NCBI RefSeq assembly: GCF_963921235.1
Contig: NC_086097.1
Coordinates: 157,916,001-157,980,000, forward strand
Source: Mobula hypostoma
Lineage: Eukaryota
Length of the DNA stretch: 64,000 nucleotides
Direction: 5' to 3'
The notes below the pieces were generated by a model. The model searched no databases. It saw nothing but the letters and a program-made list of their open reading frames with translations, and had not been told where the DNA came from. This document shows positions 29,020-41,983 of this stretch, one piece after another (the stretch's first letter is position 1; the number at the start of each line of letters is the position of its first letter). The translations under genes and the position numbers were made by a program.

Positions 29020-29520
29020 CAGCTACAAAGGAGACAATACAGTAGCTACAGTATATTTCATTAGGAGTTTGAGGAGATTTGGTAAGTCACCAAAAACACT
29101 TGCAAATTTCTACAGATGTACTGTAGAGAGTATTCGAACTGGCATCATCACCGTCTGGTGTGGGGATTGGAGGCTACTGCACAGAATCAAAGCAAGCTGC
29201 AGAGAGTTGTAAAATGAGCCATCTCCATCATGGGCACTAGCCTCCATAGTATCCAGGTCATCTTCAAGGAGTGGTGCCTCAGAAAGGCAGCATCCATCAT
29301 TAAGGACCTCCACCACCCAGGGCATGCCCTCTTCTCATTGTTACTGTCAGGAAGGAGGTACAAAAGCCTGAAGGCACACACTCAGCAATTCGGGACCAGC
29401 TTCCTCCCCTCTGCCATCTGATTTCTGAATGGACATTGAACCCATGAACTCTATCTCACTACTTTTTTTTTTAGTTTCCTATTTTTTGCACTACTTATTT
29501 AAGATCTATATATCAGAGAA
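29020..29520 (+). mobile_element. Rex1/Babar-like LINE 3' fragment
   Basis: YFIRSLRRFG..PKTLANFYRCTVESI..G.ITVW; KAASIIKDLHHPGHALFSLL.SGRRY. Confidence 0.85.
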
Positions 29521-30140
29521 TTATTTTATATTACTATTTATTTATCACAATGTTGACAGGAAATACCAACAAAATTCCTAGAGAAAGTCCCTAGAAGTTT
29601 CCCAGCATCCAAAAAAGACTGCATCTGTACAAACATTTAATATCAAAAGTAGGTGATTCAAATTTTGACTGATTGCTCTGCCATTCTATTAGGATGATTC
29701 AGACCTCACGTAAACTTACTTAGTTCTGATTTGACTGTTAAATCCAACATTTAATCCTTTGCCATGACCATTCACTTTCACCGCCACAACTTTGCCTCCA
29801 TTGATCAGTTCAGTATCAATCAGAGCAAAATTGGCTTTCTTACTCAGTCATGTGCCGGTTCCAAGGTTGCATCTGCTATCTTCCCCATACCTCACTCACA
29901 GCTCTAATGGATCTGTTCAGTCAGCATCCCTAGCATTCACATTCTAACCATGATACTGCCCCTTTCATCTATCACATTTAATATATTCACAATCATCTAA
30001 AAATATCCCCCTCCCTATTAGCCTTGCCCCTCCTGCATTTTACGATCTCATATTGATACACTTCATTCTTTTAACCCCAATCTCTAATTTCACACACTTG
30101 TGTTCCATTTCTAAAATATCTAGACTCACTTTCCTGAGCA

Positions 30141-30324
30141 AACATAGAAACACAGAAACATAGAAAACCTACAGCACAATACAGGCCCTTCAGCCCACAA
30201 AGTTGTGCTGAACATGTCCCTACCTTAGAAATTACTAGGCTTACCCATAGCCCTCTATTTTTCTAAGCTCCATGTACCTATCCAAAAGTCTCTTAAAAGA
30301 CCCTATCGTATCTGCCTCCACCAC
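30141..30324 (-). mobile_element. Short CR1 3' end, same subfamily as 59213-59836
   Basis: Near-identical aaaacctacagcacaatacaggcccttcagcccacaaagttgtg...gcctccaccac. Confidence 0.9.
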
Positions 30325-30854
30325 TTCAGACAACTTCACCTGGGCTCTTCTTTCCAACTTCTGCATTTATTTTTTCTGCACCTATTCATTGGGAACCTTG
30401 AAGCATTTCAGATGAATACATGCTGTCATTATTTTTACCTTTATTCTTCTTAACTGGGAGCTCTAGTGTTTGATAGAACATAGACCATTACAGCACTATA
30501 CAAGACCTTCGGCCCAAATTATTGTGCAGACCTTTTAACCTACTTTGAGATCAATCTACCCTTCCTCCTACATAACCCTCCATTTACTTTTATCATCCAT
30601 GTGCCTATCTTAGAGCTTCATAAATGCCCCGAATCTATTGTAATGGCTGGGTTTAACACGAACAGTTGTTCTCCATGTTGGCATTGGATATATTGGGTAT
30701 CCAAAGTGAGAAACTCTTCTGGCTCCTGAGAATAATTCACATATTTACCCCTGTAACATTCCTGGAAGACAATATTTGCATTTATTTTTAATGCCCAATC
30801 GACAGAAAGGGGAACATTCATGTTGCATGATTGAAAGATAGAGGGAGCTGCCCA

Positions 30855-31330
30855 CAAGTCCTTACAACGGACTGCAAGGACTGCTGAGCGGATCATTGGG
30901 ATCGCTCTTCCACCCATCTGAAATATTTATCAGGAGCGCTGCATACACGGGGCCCTTAGTATTGTCAACGATACCTTCTATCCATCCCACAATCTTTGAA
31001 CCCCTCCCATCAGGCAGAAGGTACCATAGCATTAGGACAAGAACTGTAAAAAAGAAAAACAGCTTCTTTTCCCAGGCCATGACACTTCTGAACTCCCTGC
31101 CACCACCTAGTGCTCATTGTGTATGAAAAACTACTAGTGTAATACGGTTTACTTTCTAAACTTGTGTCATAAGTGCACCTTATAGTAATATTATTTGTTA
31201 ATTTATTTATGGTAATATTACTTTGTGTTAGATGTGAGTAATATGTAATGTGCTTTTCACCTTGTCCCGGAGGAACTTTGCTTCATTTGGTATACATGTA
31301 TATAGTTAAATGAAAATAAACTTGATCTTT
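30855..31330 (+). mobile_element. Rex1/Babar-like LINE 3' fragment
   Basis: FEPLPSGRRYHSIRTRT...NSFFSQAMTLLNS plus a tail like that at about 9220-9400. Confidence 0.8.
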
Positions 31331-31865
31331 ACTTGGGTTCACAAAAACTTACCAGGTAGGAGCAGCAAATACTTGAGAAAAAAAATGGTACAAAGGTTTT
31401 TATTATGGGGAGTCTTAGAAAGAGGGGAGTATTGTTACATCTGTGCGTGCTTTTGGAGAGGCCCATTTGGAGTGCCGGGCATACTTTTGGTCTTCTTATA
31501 ATAGTATACACATTAGTCCAAAAGAATTCACCAGGCTAATTCCTGGGATGAAAGCTTTGTCATATCATGGGAGGCTAAAGTTTGATCTATATTCTTTGGA
31601 ACTTTGAAGAATGAGAAGTGACCTTACTAAAACGTACAAGATCATAAGAAGCATGACAGGGTTGAGCTGTTTCCACTTGGGGCATCAGTACAAAATAAAT
31701 TGCTAGCCATTTAAAAATAAGTTGCAGAAAAATTTCTTCTCAGGAAGTGGCAAATCTTTGAAGTTCTCTGCTCTGTGGTACTCAGCAAGTATTCAAAAAA
31801 AATTGGAAACATTTTTGAAAGTTTGGAGAATTGAGGTCAATAGCGAAATGGCACATGACGAGATA

Positions 31866-31990
31866 AGCAACACACACAAAAAGCTGGAGGAACTCAGCAA
31901 TCCAGGCAGCATCTACAGAAAAGAGTAAACAGTTGATGTTTCAGGCTGCGACCATTCTTCAGGACTGATGAAGGGTCTCGGCCCAAATCA
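31866..31990. repeat. Penelope-type short repeat with two opposed hammerhead remnants
   Basis: Minus strand CAGTC CTGAAGA atggtcgcagcct GAAA CATC AACTG (31967-31930); plus strand CTGATGA agggtctcggccc (from 31965). Confidence 0.75.
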
Positions 31991-32086
31991 GATTTATTAT
32001 CCACTGAGATACAATGTGAAATCCCTTGTTTTTCAGAAGCATTACAAACACATAAAATTGACATACATTACCAAAATAGTATTAAA

Positions 32087-33087
32087 TATATTTTTATTGA
32101 AGGAATGACACAATGCAGAATACATAATGGATTACATTTTCCTCCATTTTGCTTTTATATCTTACCCCTAAACAAATCTCCCCTCACCCGCCCTCCCTGA
32201 ACATACCATGGCAGCTAATGTATTTACAATACAACAATTCACAAATACAAGTACGGACATTTCACAGCCATACCCCCACACTACTTCAAGACAAAAGCCC
32301 ACACACATCAACAACATGTCAGGTGATCCAAAATACACTCATATTTACAATGCATCAACCACCCTGTGAGGTAAACAATATGCGTGCTAAAAGGGAGGCA
32401 ACTTCCCAAGTACAATCAAATGCCCTCAACTAGTAGGTAATTCCTTAAGACTCGCAAAATATGACAAGAAAGGTCCTCATTTTGAGTAGAATTTTTTCAC
32501 AGACTCCCTTAAATTGAATTTAATCTTTTCTAATTTCAGAAAAAACATTACGTCCTCTACTCAAGCAGCAGCCGATGGGGGAGTGGCAGATTTCCAGACC
32601 AGCAAGATTCTCCTATGGGCCAAAAGTGATGTAAATGCAATGATATCCGACTGGCTTGCATTTAAACCCAAAGCATCATCTGCCACACCAAATACAGCTA
32701 TAAGCGGGCAAGGTCTCAGTGTCATCCCCAAACCCTCACTGATAATTTTAAAAACCAGTGCCCAATAACCATCAAGCTGAGGACAACACCAAAATGCATG
32801 CACTAAATCAGCCGGAGAGAAGGAGCACTTGTCACAGCCAGCATCTGTCCTGGGATATATGTCAGCAAGCCTGGCTTTACTAAAATGTACCCTGTGTAAA
32901 ACTTTAAATTGTATGAGCCCCAGTCTAGCACATGATGATGTGGAGTGAACCCTATTCAATGCTTTTGCCCAATATTCCTCAGCCAGATCCATACCAAGGA
33001 CATCCTCCCACCTAGTCTTAGTTTTGTTTAGATCTTGAACTCCCAAAGACATCAGCTGAGAGTATAGTACAGAGATCAGCCCTTTAT
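32087..33087 (-). mobile_element. L1-clade LINE ORF2 C-terminus (CCHC region) plus 3'UTR
   Basis: WEDVLG...SSCARLGLIQFKVLHRVH...CDKC...LVHAFWCCPQLDGYW; candidate TSD tattaaa at 32080-32086 and 33088-33094. Confidence 0.9.
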
Positions 33088-33094
33088 TATTAAA

Positions 33095-35000
33095 GCTAAG
33101 AGTGAGTTAAAAATAGTGCAAAAAGAAGGAAATAATTAAGTAATGTCTGTTCAGCACTCTGATGATGGAGGAGTAGAAGCTGTCCCTGAATCATAGAGTA
33201 TGGTACCTCTGGCTCCTGTACCTCCTCCATGATGGTAGTTATGAGAAGGGGGCATAGTTTGGATTGTGAGGGTCCTTAAAGATGGATGCCAAATTCTTGA
33301 GGCACCGCTTCTAGAAGATGTCCTCATTGATGGGGAGGTTGGTGCCCGTGATGGAGCTGGCTTAGTCTCGAACCTTCTGCAGCCTCTGAGCTGATTATTG
33401 ATCACAGGAGAAAGAAGCCCCAGTCCTCATTAGGGCATCAGAGGTGGAGAAGGTCGGTAACTTTAAATTCCTTGGCACTATCATATCCGACAATCTGTTC
33501 TGGGATTGGCACATAAGTGCAATCACAAAGAAGGTATGCAAGATTGAAGACAGAGCGGAGTGATGATAGTGGTAAACAGCTACTCCTTTGCTTGCATCTT
33601 CAGAAACTGCTCTATTTCTATCTTTAATATCTTTATTTTTCCCTTTCAGGGTTCTTTTGAAGACCTTGACCGGGAGTTACATGCTGACTATGGTTCTTCG
33701 TGGGAATAGGACTCGATCTTGGAATTTCAGGACTGGCCATTGTTTGGAACGCCAAGGACTTGGCCTAAGTATTCGGCTCGGCTTTGGAAGCCTAGGATCT
33801 TGGGCCTCTGGAGGCAGGCGGTTCAAGGATCGCTGTCACAACAGGAAACCCATGTGTCATCAGGGGAGTCAGAATATCTGCGGCTGTATGCCCAGTGACT
33901 CGTAATCTTTGGGCACAGAGCTCGAAAAAAGCGACGTGGCAGATTTTTAACGTTGTAAACCAGTGAGTTCTTTGTATGTCTCCCCACTCGCTGGGAAAAC
34001 AGAAACACCTCTTTCTCACTTATTAGGGAGAGAGAGAACCTGTGGTATGTCGAATACCGGGTGAACAATGTAGTCTTTGGGGTAACTGCAAGTCTGTGTC
34101 TTTATTACTGCTTTGCTCACACTTGAGTGCTCGGTGGCGGGTGTCAATGCACCTTTTTTTGCCAGTGGGGGGAGGGGATTGTTGCTTGCTGCAGTTTACA
34201 CGCAGGAGGCGAGAGCTGGTGGGGGATTTCGGGGTTCTGACATTTGATTGTCGTTCATTCTTTGGAGCACTCCTCTGCTTTTGTAGATGGTTGCAAAGTA
34301 AAAGCATTTGAGGAGGTATATTGTATACATTTCTCTGACATTAAATTGTTATCTTTGAAACCTTTGAAACAACGCCCATAAAAGTTTGCATATATTCAGC
34401 ATGGCACCAAAACGTCGACAAAATTCTGTAGATACACAGTAAAGTGTAACCTAAAATGTTGCATTACAGCCTGGTACAGAAATACTAATGCCCAGGAATT
34501 GAAAAGTCTATTGAAAGTGGTAGATACAATCCTGTCTATCACAGAAAAGCTCTCCATAACATTGAGCACATTTACAGGAGCGCTGCCACAAAAAGGCAAC
34601 ATCTACCTTCAAGGACTCCACCATCCAGGCCATGCTCTCTTCTCACTGCTATGATTGGGCAGAAGGTAGAGATGCCTGAGATCCTGCACTGCCAAGTTCG
34701 GAAACCATTATTACCCTACATTAGGCCACTGAATCAGTGAGGATAACTTCACTCATCAGAACTCTGAACTGATTCACAGCCTACAGACTCACTTTCAAGG
34801 ACCCTACAACTCATGTTCTCAATATTACTCATTTTTGCTTGTCTTCTTTTGCACATTGGTTGTTTGTTAATCTTTATGTATACTTTTCATAAATTTCACC
34901 ATTTATTTCTCTATAAAAGCCTGCAACAAAATGAACCTTAGTGTAGTATATGGTAGCCTATACATACCCTTGGATAATAAATTCACTTTGACTTTGATGT
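33095..35000. mobile_element. Rex1/Babar-like fragments (minus about 33095-33385; plus about 33388-35000) with a non-autonomous retro-insert at about 33540-34368
   Basis: Minus strand: SILKDPHNP...LPSWRRYR. Plus strand: EVEKVGNFKFLG...TKK, resuming after 34370. The insert ends in a CTTTGAA-repeat tail. Confidence 0.7.
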
Positions 35001-36459
35001 GGAATTGCCCTTTTCCAATGTTAGAATGGTGTCATCTGCCATCTTCTGTTGGGAATTCTTTGAACATAGCAGTGGGACTAATGATGTCACTGCTGGCCAA
35101 GCGGCTGTCAGACCAAAGACTCCAAAGAGACAGCAAACCAGGAAGCAAAATTAAAAAGGAATCGTCTGTACCTACGTGCCTTTGATGCTGCTGCAATGCT
35201 CTAATTGTACCTGGACCTCAGCATGGTTGTGCTCATGACAAGAAATTTGACGACTTGAAAAACCTAATTTTTACAAATTCTTAAGCATTTAGAGAGCAAA
35301 ACAAAAATTAGTGCATGATTTGTAATAAAATATATCTTAAGTAAACACAAAAATAAAGAAACATTTTAATTACTTTCAAATCTGCGATTTTGAGATAATA
35401 GTTTATGAAGGTATGCAGCTCAATAAATGCACAACCTGAGTATCAGAAACAGTGGGGTTTATTTGCGGCTCAGTAAGCATTTGGAATCTCATTTGCATCT
35501 CATTTAGCAATGCATAAAGTTTTCAATTAACTAATAGTGTGACAAGTGCAAAAAATTTTGCTGTTCACAATAAGTTGGTGAATGTGTGACATATTTCTGA
35601 GCGCAATACAAATTAAGTATCAACAACAACTTCTGATTTTCCACATTTAAACGTGAATGTGGAAGAAAGAAGTTGCAGACAGATGGAAAATGCTAGGAGT
35701 TTCACTGCTGTTAAACAAAATCCTGAACAATGGGAAGGACAGTATAGAAGTGGCTTAATATTCAATTATCCCAAACAAATCTTCTGGCAATATTAACTAT
35801 CAATTATTTGTTATGTTATGGTTTCTCCCAATAAAGTCATCTCAATAAATTATAATCAATTGATTTAGCTACATTAGGGTTAGAGTTATACCATTAAGAA
35901 CATAATGAAGTACCCCGAAGTCTTCTAAAAAAGACAAACAGAAATTAAAATTAGTCAAATATGGATGATCAAGAACTTATTAACAAGGTAGGATTTAAGA
36001 AATACTGTAAAAGGAAGAAAGGGAGGTAAAGGAATTTAAGAAGGGCATACCAGAACTAACAGAGGCAATTTTCACACCAATTGGAAATACCAGTGATGAA
36101 ACCAAACATATTACGTATCAGTGCCATTACTTTCCTGCAACATTACAAATAAGAATTTAAGAGGGAGCAGAGGAAAGGGCATTTGAGCTGCTCCTAGCTG
36201 ATCTTCCACCATAATTCCATTCTCCTTTCTTTATCTTCATTTCCCATGACACTGTTAATGTCTAAAAGAATGATTATGAGTTCCACATTCTTAAAAAAAT
36301 TGCAATAATGCATGGGAAAAAAGTTTCTAATCATTAAATTTGCATGATTTGGTTTTGTTATACACGATCTTGTGTTTTTATGTTGCACATTGGTTGTCCA
36401 CCCTGTTGGGTTCTATTGATTCTATTGTGTTTCTTGAAATTACTGTGTATTTATTATGT

Positions 36460-37465
36460 TTCCGGCATTCCCCTCCTCCACCATTGATACTGCCGGAGTT
36501 TCCCTTCCTCCACCTTTAACGCTGCCCTCACCTGTATCTCCTCCATTTCCCAAAGATCCGCATTCATATCAACCTCTTGATGCCTTAACAGTAAAGGAGT
36601 TCCTCTTGTCCTTACCTACCAACTCATGAGGTTCCGCATCCATGCACCATCCTCCACAAATTTCACCATCTCCAAAAGGATCCTACCACCAAACATATCT
36701 ACCTTCCACACCTCCGCTTTCTGCAGGAATCACTCCCTCCATGATTCTCTTGTCCATTTGAGCCTAATTCCCAGCACTTATCCCTGCAAGTGGCCAAACT
36801 GCTACATCTGTCCATTCACTTCCTCCCTCACCTCCATTCAGGGCCCCAAACAATCCAGGTGAGGCAACACTTCACCTATGACTCTGCTGGGGTCATCTAT
36901 TATGTCTGGTGTTCCCAATGCAGTCTTCTCTATGTTGGTGAGACCAGTCGCAAATTGGGAGTCCGCTTCATCAAGGACCTCCACTCCATTCTCCAAAAGC
37001 ATAATTTGGCAGTTGCCAAACATTTTAATTCTCATTCCCATTCCAACATCTCAGTTCATGGCTTTTTCTCGTGCCAAGGTGAGGCCATTCTCAGGGTGAA
37101 GAGCAACACCTTATATTCCATCTGAGTAGCCTCCAGCCTAATGGTATGAATATCGATTTCTTCTTCTGTTGCCCTCTTCTCACCTGCCTGGGTCACCTTC
37201 TCTTTCCCCTTCTCCTATGGTCCATTCTCCTCTCCAATCAGATTCCCCCTACTTCAGCCCTTTACCTTTTCCACCCACCTGGCTTCACCTCCCCCCACCT
37301 TTTTCTTCTGCCACCTTCCCCTTCCTTTCCAGTCTTGAAGAAGCGTCTCTGCATGAAATGTCAACTGTTTATTCATTGCCATGGAGGCTGCCTGATCTGC
37401 TCAATTCCTCCAGCATTTTGTGTGTGCTGCTTTGGATTTCCAACATCTTCAGAATTTCTTGTGTT
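36460..37465 (+). mobile_element. Penelope-like element 3' part: GIY-YIG endonuclease remnant plus hammerhead-bearing tail
   Basis: QVRQHFTYDSAGVIYYVWCSQCSLLYVGETSRKLGVRF...VAKHFNSHSH, then a pyrimidine-rich spacer and a decayed hammerhead at 37330-37367. Confidence 0.88.
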
Positions 37466-39109
37466 TATCAGTTGCTGTGATTGCCCACAAGAAAATGCAA
37501 CTCAGGGTTGTATGTAGTGACATGTATGTACTGCAATAATAACTTTACTTTGAACTGCTTCTTTCTCCCTTGTATTCCTCGCCTTGCATGAAATCAACTC
37601 TGAACCACAATCTCATGGTAGAAGTTTCATGTAATTAAACATTCACTGCATATTTATTCCACGGAACAACAGCGGAAATTGTACTGGAGCCTTTATACAA
37701 AGACCCACCTTACATGCTATTTTCTGCCACTCCACTAACACATTGTATAATATTTTCTCTGCCAGGTGACTCAATCCTAGACGTCAGCATCTATTAAGAG
37801 TTACCAAATCATGCACAAGACTGCTGACTTGTTGCAGTAGATAATTGACCTTACAGATGGACTTAAATATTTCACTTGGCACCCCACCCTACCACATTAA
37901 AATTCATATAGTCCATCGAATTACTTTACATAAAGAGCAGAATCTGTTCAGTCAATTGTGACCTCTTATTTTAATCAAAAAAAAAGTTAATTCATAATTG
38001 ATTGACATGCCAGGATTTTTTGATAAGGTTACAGGAGAATACAGACATGTGATCCTGCAAAAGCAATTGAGTGAAAGATGTAACTGCAGTGGGCATGATT
38101 CAATCCTGACTGGTGCCAAATTCACAGACTGCATTCCTATCAACTAAAATGGACAGAGGCTATAACATTCAGCAACTGCTTGAGCAGAACAGAATGAGAA
38201 CACCTCCCTGATCTTTCTTTCTCTCACTCTGGTTTCACACCAACAATCCTGCATGCAATAATTCCAAGTGAAAGGAAGACACCACCATTCAACCTGTTCC
38301 CTGCATGTTTCCTCTCTGAGAGAATGATGAGATGAAGCCCTGCCTGGAATCATGCTCACCAGTCTCAGCCTGGGACTATATTGTATTATCTTCATGATAA
38401 TAAGGACGATGCAAGTTTTAATTTTTTTTCTACAATTCTCCAAACATAACACAAAGGGTAATTTATAATAATATTTGATTGGACGATTAATTAACATACT
38501 ATTGATAACTTTGTATAGTGTTAAACCTTCCTGACTGGCTCCTATAGTTGAGCATTTACCAGTTTCTACCAGGTGAAGGGCTAACAAAGAGCTATTTATT
38601 GTGATGCTGCACTCACTGCTGACATGATGTGCTGTCCCCAAGTTCACAATCTTTAGCTTTTTGCCAAATGATTTCCTTCCATTTTATAATAAGCATGTTT
38701 ATGAAATTATCTAGTAGCAGCGGGAAGTACTCATTACTCAAGAACAAAGCATCCAATTGAAGATTCGGCTGTGAAAAAAGAGCTGCTGGAGGAACACAAT
38801 AGGCCAGGCAAATCTGTGGAGGGAAATGGACAGTCAGTGTTTCAGGTCTAGACCCTTCATCTGGACTTGTAATAATTCAGGTGGCAATAATTTCACACAG
38901 CCAAAGCACACGTTTAATTTAATCTACCGTTAGTTGCAAAATGACAACTGAAAACAATCATTTCACAAGATGGCTTGAAAAAGTGCAAAGAGCCTCCTCC
39001 TTTGCTCTGGAACAAAAATCACTGCCCTGAAGATACTGGAGAGTTTGGTGGCCAATGACAGCCAGCAACAACACAAATAATACAATTTGCTGATGCCAAT
39101 CCAAAGTAG

Positions 39110-39460
39110 TGGAGATAAGGCGGTGAAAGGCGCTCCTTTCCTCCGCCAGCCTACAGGTCACCTTTGGGCAGGGTGTACAGCTGGTTAGCCCCCCCTCCCC
39201 CATCAGGTTGACGTGATGCCATGGGAGCAGGTGGTGGATGGTCGTATGAGCGCTGGTGCTTATCACAGGTCCTCTTTACTTGACCACTGGCTCCAGGCGT
39301 ACATCCTCTGAAGAGTATCGCTAATAGCTGGGGTCACCCGTCTTGTAAAGACTCTGCCCAGATGAAAGCAATGGCAAATCACTTCTGTAGCAAAATTTGC
39401 CAAGAACAATCATGGTCATAGATAGGCCATCAACGCCCACGTCAGACGACACGGCACATT
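39110..39460 (+). mobile_element. RTE/BovB-tailed SINE-like element
   Basis: The 3' part gcaatggcaaatcacttctgtag..tttgccaagaacaatcatgg resembles the RTE/BovB-type motif; strong 5' hairpin at 39119-39147. Confidence 0.6.
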
Positions 39461-41250
39461 ACCAGAAATCCGAAGTAGTAGACGCGCACTTCCAATAATT
39501 TTCACATCTCCTGTTTTCATATTGTTATTCACACCATTATTATGAGACGTCTAAAGCATTCCTAATCTACTACAGTTTCTATGCTATAAATCATGATGTC
39601 TCTCTCGACAAATAGCAACGTCGTGTACATGTGGTGGAAGCTGAAGTGTTAGTACGAATTCATAATTATCCTTCTGGAATGGTCCTAAAAACGTCGCCGT
39701 TTTATTGCACCACAATACAAACAGTAAAAGAAAGACATGTTTGGCGTTATAACAAATAAAATGTAATATCATGTACCACCTGTCCTGGTCTTATACCCGC
39801 GGGTATTGTTAAAGTAATGGAAATCCCTTGCAGGTGCACTGAACAAATAAACCGGAAGGATATAATCTAAGATTACAACGCACTTCAAAATAAAAGTTAA
39901 ATGTATATAGTACGAGATTTTTGTTATAATATTGACTTTGAGGCTTATTTTAACGTTTGCCATCTAACTGCGACATGTATTTAAACACTGAACTGAGTCG
40001 TTCATTTGCTTCCGTGTCTGTTTCTATTCCTTCACCGTACGTATATTTACCGCACCTTCCTCCCGATCTGCGGTAAGATCCAAGTTTAGCGCGTTAATTT
40101 TGTCTATTCTATCCACAGAAGAAACGTGGTGCGCTGCGTGATTTAAGCTAGGTGTTCGACACCGTCAGATTCTACAGTCCTGTATTTAGTTCTTTGTTGT
40201 ACATTTGTCACGCACAGTTTGGTGACTGGCGTCTACAACATCACGGGAATGTAGTGAAAGTCAGTGATCCGAGAGGAATCGGTACAAGAGAAGCAGCGAT
40301 TTGAAGGAGCTAATAATGAGAAAGTTGCAGCATTCTTAATGACTGTATTTTATAACTTAGGGAAGTTGACTTAATTAAGGGAGAAACGCCAGACAGTAAT
40401 ATTTAATCACACTGAATGCTGTTCTGTACAGTGTCTGTACGCCACCCTTGGGTAGGAACTGAATGCCAACAATCGTCATTCCTAAATCAGGTTTTACACA
40501 CCAAAAAAAAGGTGTACAGGTATCGTTATTTTCTGAATCCCGTGACCTTTAAGCGTCTATACTAGTTGAGAAGTATGCAGAAGATAAATCAAAATATGTG
40601 ATTTTCCCACAAGTCTGAGTTGTTTTCAAACGATTACAACACCCCCAGCCAAAGAACAAGTAATGATTATTACAGGAAGAGAAAGGCGCATCTGCAAAAG
40701 AATCAACAAGTCAATTCTAACGGTCGGAAAGTTTAACTTAAAACTAGTTGACAGAAATACCAAACTCGGATGATACAATCACTCTAATTGCAATCAGGTG
40801 GATTTATGGGTCCAGTGAGAATAAAACTGAAATGGATTGATTTAATTGTATGAAATAGTACCTTTAACTTGCACACTGAATGATAAATCAGCGAGCGACC
40901 CTCTGATAATGCTCAATTAAAGCTTGTATGCCCGCCTCTAACGGGTTTCCCGGCTGATCGTTGATCAATAACACCTCAACGTCTTCACCTCCAAACTAAT
41001 TGACCATTCGGTCTCTATACAGCTCAGAATTCAGAATCAGGGCCAGTGGAGGTCCCGTTTATTGAAATAATCACTGCATTTCAAGGCAATTGATAAGAAG
41101 CTCCTTTGTTAATACGCGTAAAAAAAACTGCAACAGGAAATTTTAAAACAAGCCCCGACATTTCAAGCTAAAGCATCAATCTAAACGAGCCCTTGTTGTT
41201 TTTACTGCTAACCGAGCCTCGAGGAGAGTACGGCGGTTACGTTCACTTAC

Positions 41251-41983
41251 CGGCAGAATCCGCATCGATGCTGCCTTTGGGGTTCTTGATGCAATGCTCC
41301 AAGTAGACGCCGTCTTTCAAGCAGCTATCTCCCTTCTTATTCAAGCCCAACATTTCAGTGGACTGACCCATACTGTCGGCCCTGGAGCACTGACAGGGGG
41401 TTTGCATGATGCCGCAGGGTCGGGCGCTGGTACTGATGGCCAGACAAGTCTCCAGCCACTTGCAGAGCATCTGACAAGCCCCTTTGCTGGGGTTTCTGTT
41501 GCCTACCACTAAATATTCGGCCGTGAACTCCTTGTCTTTGATCCTGCCGCCTCTCCCCTTTGCCCGGCCAAAGACACCCCCTGAGACCTGCTTCATTTGC
41601 AGGTACTGCTTGCTGGACTGAAGGAAGGCATAACGGACCGTGGAGTCGCAGAGCCTCAGCACTTCGTCGAAGCTCTCCATGCCCAAATAGGTGCGGGTGC
41701 TTGTCAGAAAAGAATCGTACTGGTAGGTGCGTATCTGGCGTCTCTCACATATATTACTGGTCTTGGCTACCTTCATGTACAGCGTGTATCTCCTCGGGTC
41801 GGGGTTCTGGATAATCCAGGAGCAGGCAGAGTTGTTGGAAGCAAAGACCATTGAAGAGGAGAAGTAGCCGAATAGTTTCCCCTGGACCAGAGTGGTACAA
41901 GGGGTTTGGCCGGCGTCAAACCCGCTGACAGTCCACAGCGCGGCGGCTAAAATCACAATCACCGCGGAATCAGTGATCCTCAT
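41251..41983 (-). CDS. ADGRB1: Adhesion GPCR B1 (BAI1), first coding exon: signal peptide plus N-terminal extracellular domain (244 codons + 1 nt)
   Basis: Translation MRITDSAVIVILAAALWTVSG...PCTTLVQGKLFGYFS...NPDPRRYTLYMKVAK...TRTYLGMESFDEVLRLCD...EYLVVGNRNPS...CQMLCKWL...PCGIMQTPC matches the BAI1-type N-terminus. Real ATG at 41983 (the ORF track starts at an upstream GTG) followed by a hydrophobic signal peptide. The exon ends at a strong donor CCG|GTAAGT (41250-41245), phase 1. Confidence 0.95.

Larger units (their letters stand above)
1..41250 (-). other. ADGRB1: Large ADGRB1 intron following the first coding exon (at least 41 kb)
   Basis: GT donor at 41250. I found no TSP1-repeat exon (WxxWxxCSxxCGGG) downstream within the window; the content is repeats and AT-rich unique DNA. 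Confidence 0.65.

Noticed and set aside
28847..29212. 121-aa ORF
   Set aside because: Chance fusion of an old RTE remnant (FKK.D...RGISL) with a Rex1-like fragment.
38144..38647. 167-aa minus-strand ORF as a possible ADGRB1 exon
   Set aside because: No TSP1, HormR, GAIN or 7TM similarity; non-ATG start; looks like a chance ORF.
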